From Antedon mediterranea (Eukaryota; Animalia; Echinodermata): a DNA stretch of 64,000 nt. This document shows, one piece after another, positions 23,651 through 35,760 of the stretch; position 1 is the stretch's first letter, and each line of letters opens with the position of its first letter. Location: the NCBI RefSeq assembly GCF_964355755.1, contig NC_092670.1:8050201-8114200 (forward strand), read 5' to 3'. The translations under genes and the position numbers were made by a program. Below the pieces are notes generated by a model, which worked only from the letters and a program-made list of their open reading frames with translations, had not been told where the DNA came from and did no database searches.

Positions 23651-25778
23651 ATTAAAATAATGTAACATTTCCAAACTCATTTGGGTCAGCTGTCACATGA
23701 AAGGCAGTGTTGCAACTAGAGTAGACATAAGCCTAAGCCTAAAAATGACACAATTTGAAACGGCCATAGCTCAAAAATTCAACCATCACCTCTCGACCAT
23801 TACTATGCATGTTATAACATTCACAGATAACTAAATTATCATGCAGTACCAAAGAATTAGAGTGAAAATTACATTTTTTAAAGATACGGACAAACAAACA
23901 TGTACCTAATTTGGAAATGTCACTCACGTGCGTCAATTGGACTATGCTTGTAATTTATGGTCCCCCCTTCCATTAATTTTCAGCGTTACATTCCTTCTTA
24001 AAAACAAAACGACAACGTGCTTGTTTCATCCAGGGACTCCTTAATGAATATTCATATTTTTAGCGACCCTTTATTTTTTTATCTCATTCTCATTGGCTGT
24101 TTAAAACATGTCTTTAAATGACGTTTGACTCCACTCTGCACACGTGGATTTGTAAGTAATTGTTTATGTATTGTTACTCCAGCGATACGACTTGTAACGT
24201 TGAGGGCGCATGACTTAATTCGTATGTTTGAAACAGCTGTGGACGATGAGTTTAAAAAATGGCGGTTTCGCTAGTTTTCGATGGAACAAATAGTGGTACC
24301 TTTAGTTTGAATAGTCGGAGCTGCATCCCAACCACCGAATTTTGTATCTTAATATCGTATTCTGTAGATTATTAATTTTTCTAACAGGGATTTTAAATTC
24401 AGGACTGTTCAATTTTTCTAAACATTTTATTTTAATGATTTTCTAGGGTACAATTTCGGAAAAAAGACATTGGTTGATTTTGCCGTTAAATTACAGATTA
24501 TCGTTTTGTTCAAATACATTTAATTTTACATGACAATATATTAAAACCATTTATGAATTTATTTCACTAACAATATTTTTCCGATAATCAGCTAATATTG
24601 TGTTTTTCCAACACCCTAAAATTTAGCAATTTTCAACTAAATTAGAAAAGTAGGGCGCCCTCTCCGAGTCGAAATTTGACACGATTTGTCGACTGGCTGT
24701 CCCACTGGTAAAAAACGTTCGCGTTCACTTGGTAGCTTCAGCGTCTAGAAAACCGCGACGTCTCATTGACCGTGAGAGTACGTCAGAGTGCTATTATGCA
24801 ATTTATATGCATTCATTATTGCCAGCGATCTTACTACTAAACATTAGCTAGGTACGCACTTGTCTGGCGGTATCCCTTTGTACGAATCGTTCAACGTTGG
24901 GTCGAGACGCGTGATATCAAGTTCCATCCAGGGACCAAAATGTGTAATGTAGTTATTTTCCAGGCGAAGTTTACCGACGGTTCGGGTACTTTTTGTCGGG
25001 GAATATAATTCGTTCGCGTTCACTTCGTAGCTTCAGCGCCTAGAAAACCTCGACGTTTCATTGACCGTGAGAGTACGTCAGAGTGATATTATGCACTTTA
25101 TATGCATTCATTATTGCCAGCGATCTAACTTACTACTAAACAATAGCTATAGGTACGCACTTGTCTGGCGGTATCCCGTTGTACGAATCGTTCAACGTTG
25201 GGTCGTGATATCATGTTCCATCCAGGGACCAAAATGTGTACTGTAGTTATTTTCCAGGCGAAGTTTACCGACGGTTACGTCGTGTACTGTGTCGACGTGC
25301 GCTACACTACAGCAAAAACGAATTATGTTAATTGTTCGTATGTTCACCAATTTTTTAATTTACAAGTAACCTTCTGTACCGTGGGGCACCTAAAATAAAT
25401 ATTTCATCCATTACTAAACAAAAAAACATGCCATTTTCGCGTAGCCAACATCTTATTATAGCTAAGTTATTAAATTTTCAATGTCCTGATGTCATGAATT
25501 TCTCACCACTCGGAAGTCCAGATGGTACGCAGGCATACACTTGGGAGGAATAAACTTATTTCCCCGACTGAAAAAGGTCTACGCTTGCGTTTTTTAAGCC
25601 TCTGGGCCTGATGTTTCCAAAGTATAAAATGCAATTTTTTGAAGACCTGCAGCTCTAGTTTTAAACATTTTCTTAGCTCAGCCCCAACAATAAAGCTGGT
25701 CATATTTCGAAGTACAAGAAGTGCATTTTCCGGGACCTAACATCTCTATTTTTCAAACACTTCTTAGCTCAGTCACAA

Positions 25779-25799
25779 CATAGAGATAATATCTCTATG
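25779..25799. mobile_element. 21-bp P-type micro-element (TIR-only hairpin)
   Basis: CATAGAGATAATATCTCTATG flanked by the 7-bp TSD GTCACAA; the empty site is in the sister copy at 2212-2218. Confidence 0.8.
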
Positions 25800-27825
25800 G
25801 TCACAACCATGATAGGGACTTATATATTTTGTTTCATGTTTTGAAGTATAATAAGTCCAATTTCCAGGACCTCCAACTCTACTTTTCTAAATTTTCTTTG
25901 AACTTTTATTTTTTAAATTGAAAAATATGGATTGAAACAGTCATCGCGCATCGTTTTTTTGCACGCAGTATTTTATTTATGCATTATAAAAAATGGAAAA
26001 AATGGCTACCCTAAATCTGATTAAAATGACCTCAAATGACGCTAGAACGCGTTGCTTCCGGGGATTGGCCCCCTGGACCCCCACCGGGGGCCCTTGGCGG
26101 CCCCCTGGCCCCCAGCCTTGTGATTCTCGCTTCGCTCGCATAGCCCCCTCGTCGGGGAATGTAGCCCCCGCGTCGGGAAGATCCTGGCGCCACCCCTGAA
26201 TCAAAGACGATATCGCAAAAGAAACAACCCAATTAAGACCAAGTATTTCTATCGAACAAAGGCTGGCAGTATGCTTGAGGTAAGTATATTTCAATTCCTT
26301 AACAAAAAAAAACTTTATAGGCCTAGGCTAGGTAGTATACACTAGGAAAAACTCACATGGTGTACGGTAGCTGGCCTAGGCCTAGGCCTAGTTTAGTAAG
26401 TTCAATGACATGCAACACAGTCACAGTGTCATTACCGTAGTTGAGCATTATACCCGAGTCAATTAAGTTTCGACTCGTCTTGTGTCGCTAATATTATAAA
26501 GCAATGAAAATGAAATATTGAATTGACATTATTTACAACTGTTTAATAAAATTAAAAAGCATAACATAGGCCTAATTAAAAAAGAATGTAAGAAATGCAA
26601 TATAAAAGAAAAATTTAGTGAACGAAAAATGTCTTTGTTGTTGTTGACACAGAGGTCTGGATCTGGATCCTTATACTCAAATAAAGCAGGAAAACGGCAT
26701 CACACTAGAGTTAAGTTATAATCCGACCTTTTTTCTTTTTTGGTAAAGCTTCACATTGACAAAAGTTTCTGTTATGAGATTAATCTATAGCATTATTGTT
26801 ATGTTTAATTTTCAGGTTCTTGGCCACAGGAGATTCCTATAAAACTATAGGTTTCAGTTTCCGTATGGGAAAGGAAAGTCATCGCCGAGTGAACAGCAAT
26901 GGAGGCAGATTGCCGACAGTTTTAATAGGCGATGGCAATACCCAAACTGCATAGGGGCAATTGACGGAAAGCATATATACATCAAAGCCCCTAACAAGTC
27001 AGGCAGTTTGTTTTTCAATTACAAGGGGTCGTTTTCTATTGTTTTGTTGGCCCTTGTAGATGCAGACTACTGTTTTACGGCAGTCGATATAGGAGCATAC
27101 GGATCAAATAGGTAATGTTTAATTATGTTCTTTAAACCATCGAATATTTTTATATTAGTTCCTACTTAGTACCGTTACTAAATCCGTACTCATGTATTTA
27201 ATAGGTCATTGACAGGCTATTGGTGAACCAACATATAAATGATATAAATGCAATTGACAATCCCAAATAGCAATAAAACATTTATTTTTTTCTAATGCAT
27301 CATAGGTCTATCTTGTGTCCTATTAAAATTATATACAACAATGTTATTGTTACTTATCAGTGATGGAGGAATATTTGCTCACAGTCAGCTTGGACAAGCT
27401 ATGGACAGTGTGGAACATTAAATATTCCAGCCGACAATGAAATACCAGGCATCAACCAAGCATTACCCCATGTTATTGTTGGTGATGAAGCCTTTCCATT
27501 AAGGAGAAATATAATGCGGCCATTCCCAGGCAAAAACCTTGATGAATCCAAAAGGATTTACAACTACCGCCACTCAAGAGCACGCAGAATTTCAGAAAAT
27601 ACATTTGGTATTATGGCGACAATATTTCAAATATATCAATGCAAAATTCAACTGCAACCTGACAATGTAGACAAGGTAATTAATGAGACTAGAATATTGG
27701 TATGGGCCTATAATAGGCTATTATTAGGGGTTTTAGCTACTAGTTAGGTACAGGTACCTAGGAATAGCTAGGCTAGCTTGCCTCTAGGATAGGTAACTAG
27801 GCCCACTCAGTGACTAGCCTATTAA

Positions 27826-28642
27826 TAACGCCGTGGTTAGGATTCCGGCACCGGAACTCAACTGCCCACCGTTAGGGAATCCGACACGCTATTGCGCATG
27901 CTCAGAGCTCTGGGAAGTGAATAATTATAGCTTGTGCCATGCCACACTGCACACCACACTACCACTGCTGAGGGCTGAGAGTCGGAGTGTTAGGATTTAC
28001 TGTAGCCTAGTTAGTCGTTGCGCGAGCGAGAGAGCGATGGATTAAACTTGGCCTAGGCCATACATGAATTAATAATTAAAATACGAATACGCCAGGCGCC
28101 ATGCGTTAAAATAATTATTATGATATTAATAAGAATCGGTATATCTATCTACCGTAAGAATCGTAATGCTGTATTTAGCGTTGCGACCCCGACTTCCCGA
28201 ACAGTTTTTTCACATCCACGCGGTGGCTGCCGTCAATAAATTAACTTGTGATTGCATGTTATGTACAGTTATAATGCGTTATATGAAATCTTTTATTTTG
28301 TACTTGAAAAATCATAAAACTAGTCTAAACTCATGTAATTATATAATATAATTCATAATTAGGCCCTATATGAAGTTTATATATGAATGAAGCAACCACT
28401 TTTTAATTACAAAATAAATAGGCCCACTGGTCACGTCTAGCTGGTAGGCCTAGCCTAGTATTTACTATTAGTGGATCCCGTTATTAGTAGGCATCTACGC
28501 TAGTTCGCCGTGGCGGAGCTATGAAATGATCCATCGCTGTTGAGTCACCGATTACCGGAGCTCTGGGCATGCGCAATAGCGTGTCGGATTCCCTAACGGT
28601 TGGCAGTTGAGTTCCGGTGCCGAAATCCTAAACACGGCGTAT
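27826..28642. mobile_element. MITE with ~85-bp TIRs
   Basis: ACGCCGTGGTTAGGATTCCGGCACCGGAACTCAACTGCC...GCGCATGCTCAGAGCTC is inverted at 28558-28640; flanks are TA-rich. Confidence 0.85.
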
Positions 28643-28874
28643 TAATAATTATTAGGCATAGTATTAGGCCTACTAGTCTTATTAATTAGCCTAGCTAGTA
28701 GTAGCTAGGCCTAGCTAGCCTTACCTAGAGTAGAGGGCATCTAGGTTAGGGTAGGCGGCCTCCTCAAGGCTAGTCTAGGACTCAACTTGGCCTAATCCCC
28801 TAGTACTACTTAGTACTAGGCATAGGAGGCTTACCTAGCTAGGCATAGGCTAAGGTATAACAAATAAATAAATC

Positions 28875-31305
28875 CTTTAAATTGATGATTTTACAGATGT
28901 GTTTCTTTGTATACTGTAATGTAACTCCTCGAGCTCCCTATGCTCAATGTTTTTGTTTCTATGGAGCGCCAAAAGAGCAACAATAATAGTACAAGTATAA
29001 AAACAGAAAGAAAACGAAACAAAAAAACTTATCATGATTTTTAAATTAAAATTTATTTGCCAGTATTTATTTCTTCGCACTTGCATGATTATACTATTAT
29101 CATTACAATTTTAATTTTACATTGTTCCATCCACACTGTAGATGGACGGAGTATGGTCGAAGCGGCCGCCAAGCAAAGCGGCCGCCAGTTTAATATCGTC
29201 ATTTGTATGGAACGCCATGTGCGCTTTAATCTTTGATTGTCGTTGTCAACACCATGGCCTATGGCAGCTGTATGTATGGTCAAACCAATAAATATAAGCC
29301 AAATCATGAACTATCGAATCTTTATATTTCTATAAAAATTAATGTATATTTTATTTGTATTTTAATACTGTTAACTAACTAAATATATTTACATATACTA
29401 TCGAATCATTAATAATTTACGTTTGTATCATAATCTACGTACTATTGAACCTTTATATCTCATTTACTATTTATTTATTTATATCTCTTTTTTTTAATAT
29501 TGGCAGTGAAGGGAAAAAATAACGTTGAACTAACCCGACGTTTCTCGGGCACTCTCCTATCGAATCTTTATACATACGTATTGCATTAATAATTTACGTA
29601 CGGTATTGCCGAATCTTTATATCTCATTTACATACTATCGAAACTTTATACTGTACAGTATTGCAATAATTTACGTACGGTATTGCCGAATCTTTATATC
29701 TCGTTTACTTTACTATCGAATCTTCATACAGTATTGCAATAATTTACGTACGGTATTGCCGAATCTTTATATCTCATTTACATACTATCGAATCTTCATA
29801 CAGTATTGCAATAATAATTTACGTACGGTATTGCCGAATCTTTATATCTCGTTTACTTTACTATCGAATCTTCATACAGTATTGCAATAATGATTTACGT
29901 ACGGTATTGCCGAATCTTTATATCTCGTTTACTTTACTATCGAATCTTCATACAGTATTGCAATAATTTACGTACGGTATTGCCGAATATTTATATCTCG
30001 TTTACTTTACTATCGAATCTTCATACAGTATTGCAATAATAATTTACGTACGGTATTGCCGAATATTTATATCTCGTTTACTTTACTATCGAATCTTTAT
30101 ACAGTATTGCAATACTAATTTACGTACGGTATTGCCGAATCTTTATATCTCGTTTACTTTACTATCGAATCTTCATACAGTATTGCAATAATAATTTACG
30201 TACGGTATTGCCGAATCTTTATATCTCGTTTACTTTACTATCGAATCTTTATACAGTATTGCAATACTAATTTACGTACGGTATTGCCAAATCTTTATAT
30301 CTCATTTAGGCCTACATACTATCGAATCTTCATACAGTATTGCAATAATAATTAACGTACGGTATTGCCGAATCTTTATATCTCATTTACAATGTGTACT
30401 ATCGAATCTTGTTTTTTTATTGATTAGTAATAGGGTGTGTTATACATTAAGTGTTATTCCATTGTAATACATTGTTTGTGTTTTCAATAAAGCAACATGG
30501 GGACGAAAACGCGACCTTCTACAGCCGGCCGTGTAGTTATTAGCAGAAATTCGCGTAATTAATTACCGTACCGTACAGACACTTGCATCTTATTTTAGTA
30601 TTTAAAACTCATTTTAAATTGATCAATATTTATATATCTGAAGGTATAAAATAATTTAGGATATTAAATAAATGAATTGATGTCATCATGTTATTGTAAT
30701 TATTATGATTGCGAACACTACTACAGTAGTTACTTTACTAATTAATTAATATACAATAACAAATATATATATTTTGATATAATTTATTGAAAATATATAT
30801 ACATTATTCTTAATAATTGGCTTATTATATATTATATTAATATACAATACAAACACCACAATGTATTTTATTGACTTTATTAAACATATCATTTAGAACA
30901 GTTAAAGTAAGTAATCATCGATTCGCCATTTCGTTTAAAAGAACGTATCACATTCAATCTGTAAAAAAAGAGAATAAATTACATAATAATTTAGATTGTT
31001 ATTTACGTCCGAGGTAAAGAAAACCTGTCGAAACAATGACAATCAAAGATTACAAAACAACGACAATCAAAGCGCACACGGCGTTCCATACAAATTACCG
31101 TTATTGAACTAGCGGCCGCTTTGGTTGGCGGCCGCTTCGACCGTAATCCAGATGGACTCCACAGAGTTTTCAGCCCTCTATATAATTTTTGCTCTTTTGA
31201 CGTTCCATAGAAACAAAAACATTGAACATGGGGTAGGCCTACTGTACTGTAGGCTAGTCATTTTGTGTGGGAGAAAAACGTCTGTAAAATCATCAATTTA
31301 AAAAT
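28875..31305. mobile_element. Diverged ~400-bp inverted repeats enclosing a minisatellite (foldback-like)
   Basis: 28877-29255 versus 31030-31302 inverted, including twin GCGGCCGC motifs and CAATGTTTTTGTTTCTATGGA. Confidence 0.7.
29560..30410. repeat. Minisatellite, ~73-76-bp unit, about 11 copies
   Basis: Unit AATTTACGTACGGTATTGCCGAATCTTTATATCTCGTTTACTTTACTATCGAATCTTCATACAGTATTGCAAT. Confidence 0.95.
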
Positions 31306-31509
31306 GTATTTGTTACTTTTTATGTGATTCTTTTTCATGAAAGTGCCAATTCTAAGGTGTGGTATTCAGAATAAATGTTTGGAGTTAAAATACAAGGCAG
31401 GTGCGAAAGATAAATATTTGTAATCTTAGGTCTGGGTCTTAGCTTTCGTGATCTTAGTTAGGTCTTAGGGAGTCTTAGCTTTCGTGGTCTTAGGTTTCGT
31501 GACACCCCG

Positions 31510-31615
31510 TAAGTAAAGTATCTTGCCTACGGATACAAGCAATGCGGCGAGAGTTGGATTCGGACCTAGGTCTGACGATCGGTTGTCCAACGTCCAACAC
31601 ACTGCGCCACACGCC
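31510..31615 (-). mobile_element. tRNA-derived SINE 5' fragment
   Basis: Minus strand GTGGCGCAGTGTGTT (A-box-like)...GGTCCGAATCC (B-box-like)...GTATCCGTAGGCAAGATACTTTA, which resembles a SINE core. Confidence 0.5.
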
Positions 31616-32858
31616 CTCACTAAATAATTAAATGGATCAACTGCCGTTTTGGCTCCGGAGTTTTTTTTAAGGTTATTCCATTATTAAAGTGGGGGTGTGT
31701 TGTTATGAATATTGTGTCCAGGTACGTCAATAGAAATGACATTGAGAGCCCTCTTCTGTCAGTTGACTGGTTCCCGGTCTACCGCCTTGTAATTGACTTA
31801 ATCATGATCGAATTCCAACAACTTAAGAATATACAAAATGTTTACATAATTATATAACAATGTACATTGTAGATCTATCTAATAATGTTTTTATTTTTTT
31901 GCAGATAAAGGAGGATCATCAATAAAATAAAATGATAAAAATTCCAGGCATTTAATATACGGTTTACTGATAAAATATAATGTACCAATGAAATAAACCT
32001 GGTGTTCTGAAACATATTTTAATAACTTTTGCCGGCCTAGCGCCTTTGTGTATCTAAATCTATCTAAATAATTAAGTTAGTACAGTATTAACAAATAAAG
32101 GGTTAGGGTTATGTATAATAAAATGATAGAAATGAGGCATTATCTAATAATGTTTTTATTGATTTTTTTTCTGATTTTTATAGTTTTAAAATTCAAGTAC
32201 CGTTTTTATAGCGTTATGTATCCTGTAAATGCTAACCTAAAAACGTTATCTGAATGTTTCTTTTTACGTTATAGAAATGTAATAAAATAACGGTTATAGT
32301 GAACCTAAACATTAACCAAACACTAACATTAGAAAACCACTATGTGTTTGCTGGACTGCCACAATGGAACAATAGACCTAGGTATGTTAAACAAAGAAAT
32401 CGCGTCAAAGCAGGGTGGAGACGGAATTTTAAGACAAAGGCGTTCTATACAAATGCAAATCATTCATGTATACTTTTTACAAATTTTGTTTAGTTTCTTT
32501 ATTAAAAGATTTTGATATGCTGTTATATATAAATATTCTAATACATAGAATAGCAAAATTATCATAATACATAGGATAGCCAAAAATAAACCAAACATAA
32601 CAACAACAAAATTAAATTGACAATGTATTTTTATTTAGAAATTCATTTCAATAATATAAATATTTTTTATTAAATTACATCACTATTTACTTACAATTAA
32701 TTAATTACTTAACTTACATTACAGTAACTTAATAAATGGTACATAAAATTACTAAATAATTGCACATAAAATGCAGGTTATCATAAAGACATAAGTATAC
32801 ATATAATGGTACAGGTTATAAATATTTAAATTACGTTTTTTAAATGTAATTATAATAA

Positions 32859-33044
32859 TTAATGATGAGAACACTTACGGTTACGAGTAGACATGTACAT
32901 TGGTACATTACAGTACGAGCAATCCTTGGCAGTTGGATAAAAACCCCTTCGTTGGAAAAAGTCCAGGTAGTCATCAAATCCATTAAACAAATGTGGTCCT
33001 ATCTTCGGCAGCATGGTCCTTGGTTTAAATCGCAGTAAAATCAA
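32859..33044 (-). pseudogene. Possible N-terminal zinc-ribbon fragment of a Merlin/ISXO2-like transposase
   Basis: Pattern F-x-Q-x2-G-x7-C-x2-C-x3-M; no DDE core found. Confidence 0.45.
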
Positions 33045-33711
33045 ATCGAGAACGCAGTAAAATATCGGAGTTGTAGGCCTATAATATAGTTGAAAGTTTT
33101 TCGAAAAATGAGTGATTTGAAGACAACTGATCTTGGTTTATATACATGTGCCATATTTTAGTTTGTATACATAGCTCCATGTCGGCATGAGTGATATTGT
33201 TATGCTTTATTATGTAATATTGTAAGCTTCAATGAGACACTTTTGTGCAGCGATAAAAAAAAAAGTAAAACTATGCTACAGCGGTTTTTGTTTCTTAACC
33301 TGATTACATATATTTTATTAATATTTATCTTCCCAACCATTTTTTTTTAAACTCAAAATTTGAAACACTACCGTTTAGCTTTTTCATTCAAATTGAAGAT
33401 TGAATTTAATGAAATTTTATGTACTGTACTGTTTAACAAATCAACATAACGGTACAATAGGTTGGAATTCAATAGGTTATGATTATTTCAAACCAAAATA
33501 GCTAGGTTTTTAAGGACTGATTTATCTTTAAAAAACGCCTAGAAATAAAAGAGAGAGAGAGAGAGAGAATAGCAATTACGTGTTGGAATAATACAGTAGT
33601 AACGGTACAATATATAATCATTTTGGTAAAGAAAATCAAATACTAGGTTTTTTAAGGTCTGATTAAACCCAAGTGTGACGTCGTCTGGAAGCAGGAATTT
33701 AATATTCATAA

Positions 33712-34448
33712 TTAGGTGATCATTTAGAATAAAATGATCACCTATTGTTATTGTATCAAATCTTTATTGGTTATCCGCAACGAAGTTGCTGATAACCTCT
33801 TGTGATTGTACGAAATCATCATCAACATCAACTTTTTATTTCTCTTCTTTCTGTATGATTTTTGTGCAACGCTTTTCTCTGAAACTTGCAAACATAACAG
33901 TTTGTGAACTATGTTAACATTTTGACATTTGTGTAACGTCGTCAAGCGAAGCTTATATTAATTCATATAAAAATTAAGCCTATTGGATGTTGTGACGTTA
34001 CCGTATGGCCAGTTGAAGTTAAAAAGTGTTTTTTTCATCGCTTTCGTAAAAGTTATACAATTTTTAAATAGCGCGCACCGCCCTTCTACGTGCCAAATTT
34101 TCTTCCAATTGTTATATTTTATTACTCAATTCATTATCTTTCGATATTGTTATCTTCAAGTTTATTTTGACAACGTCATCATACCAAAAAATTAGAACAT
34201 GATGTGGGTCCCGTAATTTCACCTATGCTACACTGTATATAGATATACACAGTACAGTATATACTGTACATATTGTATATGGCATATAATAGGCACAATT
34301 AAGCACTATAAGCGTATAATAGGATGGCATACATCAACATTTTCCGATTGTATGTTAACGTAGGTGCATGTTTAAAAAATATGAATGTCAATAAAATGAT
34401 AAAAATGATCACCTATAGTTCGTCAAAGTGACGAATTAAATTCTAGTT
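33712..34448 (+). mobile_element. Helentron-associated (HINE/DINE-1-like) non-autonomous element
   Basis: 5' subTIR TAGGTGATCATTT with adjacent inverted copy; 3' AAATGATCACCTA plus hairpin TTCGTCA-AAG-TGACGAA plus CTAGT. Same family as 51327-52880. Confidence 0.7.
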
Positions 34449-35760
34449 ACAAGTTGTACTTGGATATCAAACTGTCTATTTGGTCGTCTTGAGCCTCAAG
34501 AGAATAGCAACTATGTATGAGCTGTAATAAACAGTAAGTACAGTATAGAAATCATATATCGACTAGCATTAAAATTACAAGTGGGAGTCTGTAGTACAGT
34601 GAAAAATTTCATTTCAACATTTTAGCAAAATTGCTAATCAAACTGATTTAGTCGAGAAACATAGTTTTGTATTGTATTTTTTGCTACACAATTTTCGAAA
34701 TGTGTAGCAATAAGGTTGTTTTGTATAGCTTTTTGCTATGCCACACTGGCGAAATTATTCCTTGTAGTAGATAAAAGAGACGTTCAAAACAGGTTAAAAA
34801 AGAAAATCATAGTACGGTTATTATTGTACAGTATATTAATTAAACAAGCTGAACATTTTATATAGTGATTTAATACGCAAATAATGTTTCTACATTTTTT
34901 TTACTGCAGAGTTTACGTGAATTTCTGTCAGCATTGATCATGTTATATTCCACCACCAGATTTGCATTTGTATAGAACGCCTTTGTCTTAAAATTCCGTC
35001 TCCACCCTGCTTTGACGTGAGGTCTATTGTTCCATTGTGGCAGTCCAGCAATCACATAGTGGTTTTCTAACGTTAGTGTTTGGTTAATGTTTAGGTTCAC
35101 TAATAACCGTTATTTTATTACATTTCTATAACGTAAAAAGAAACATTCAGATAACGTTTTTAGGTTAGCATTTACAGGATACATAACACTATAAAAACGG
35201 TACTTGAATTTTAAAACTATAAAAATTTGAAAAAAAAATCAATAAAAACATTATTAGATAATGCCTCATTTCTATCGTTTTATTATACATAACCCTAACC
35301 CTTTATTTGTTTATACTAACTTAATTATTTAGATAGATTTAGATACACATAGGCGCTAGGCCGACAAAAGTTATTAAAATATGTTTCAGAACACCAGGTT
35401 TATTTCATTGGTACATTATATTTTATCAGTAAACCGTATATTAAATGCCTGGAATTTTTATCATTTTATTTTATTGATGATCCTCCTTTATCTGCAAAAA
35501 AATAAAAAACATTATTAGATAGATCTACATTGTTATATAATTATGTAAACATTTTGTATTATTCTTAAGTTGTTGGAATTCGATCATGATTAAGTCAATT
35601 ACAAGGCGGTAGACCGGGAACCAGTCAACTGACAGAAGAGGGCTCTCAATGTCATTTCTATTGACGTACCTGCACACAATATTCATAACAACACACCTCC
35701 ACTTTAATAATGGAATAACCCTAAAAAAAACTCCGGAGCCAAAACGGCAGTTGATCCAAT

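Larger units (their letters stand above)
16820..24707 (+). mobile_element. Decayed Chapaev/RAG1-like DNA transposon
   Basis: TIRs CAGTGGGA(A/C)AGCCA; 4-bp TSD GTAA (16816-16819 and 24708-24711); the uninterrupted host repeat is visible at ~16490; internal transposase remnants. Confidence 0.8.
16385..26198 (+). mobile_element. Non-autonomous hAT-type element (about 1.9 kb of its own sequence plus 7.9 kb of nested element)
   Basis: TIRs CAGTGGTGGCGCCAG / CTGGCGCCACCCCTG; perfect 8-bp TSD AATCAAAG (16377-16384 and 26199-26206); ~290-bp internal repeats at ~16510, 24720 and 25015. Confidence 0.93.
16155..27675 (+). pseudogene. Harbinger (HARBI1-like) DDE transposase with introns; exon pieces 16155-16384, 26207-26279, 26816-27111, 27361-27675
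   Basis: WVHPIN...GEFHTL...YFRVS; EQRLAVCLR|FLATGDSY; PNCIGAIDGKH...NYKGSFSIVLLALVDA; DGGIF, GDEAFPL, YNYRHSRARRISENTFG. GT-AG introns. Disrupted by the hAT insertion, an internal deletion and frameshifts. Confidence 0.93.
31634..35757 (-). mobile_element. Merlin/ISXO2-like element with ~830-bp TIRs
   Basis: 31634-32460 is inverted at 34960-35757; GG termini; 8-bp TSD AATTAAAT (31626-31633; right copy at 37369-37376, displaced by a P-type insertion); internal FFQRRGFYPTAKDCSYCNVPM remnant. Confidence 0.7.

Noticed and set aside
16820-24707. Calling this a true ProtoRAG (RAG1L plus RAG2L)
   Set aside because: The TSD is 4 bp not 5, the termini lack CAC, the C-terminal motif differs from RAG1, and no RAG2 kelch or PHD sequence could be shown.
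25977-26294. G/P-rich ORFs here and at 3323-3529 and 11521-11811
   Set aside because: Chance frames across the GC-rich hAT subterminal region.
29560-30410. CRISPR-like regular repeats (also 23081-23335, 47655-48155 and 56000-56146)
   Set aside because: Head-to-tail units without unique spacers, no cas genes, eukaryotic context.
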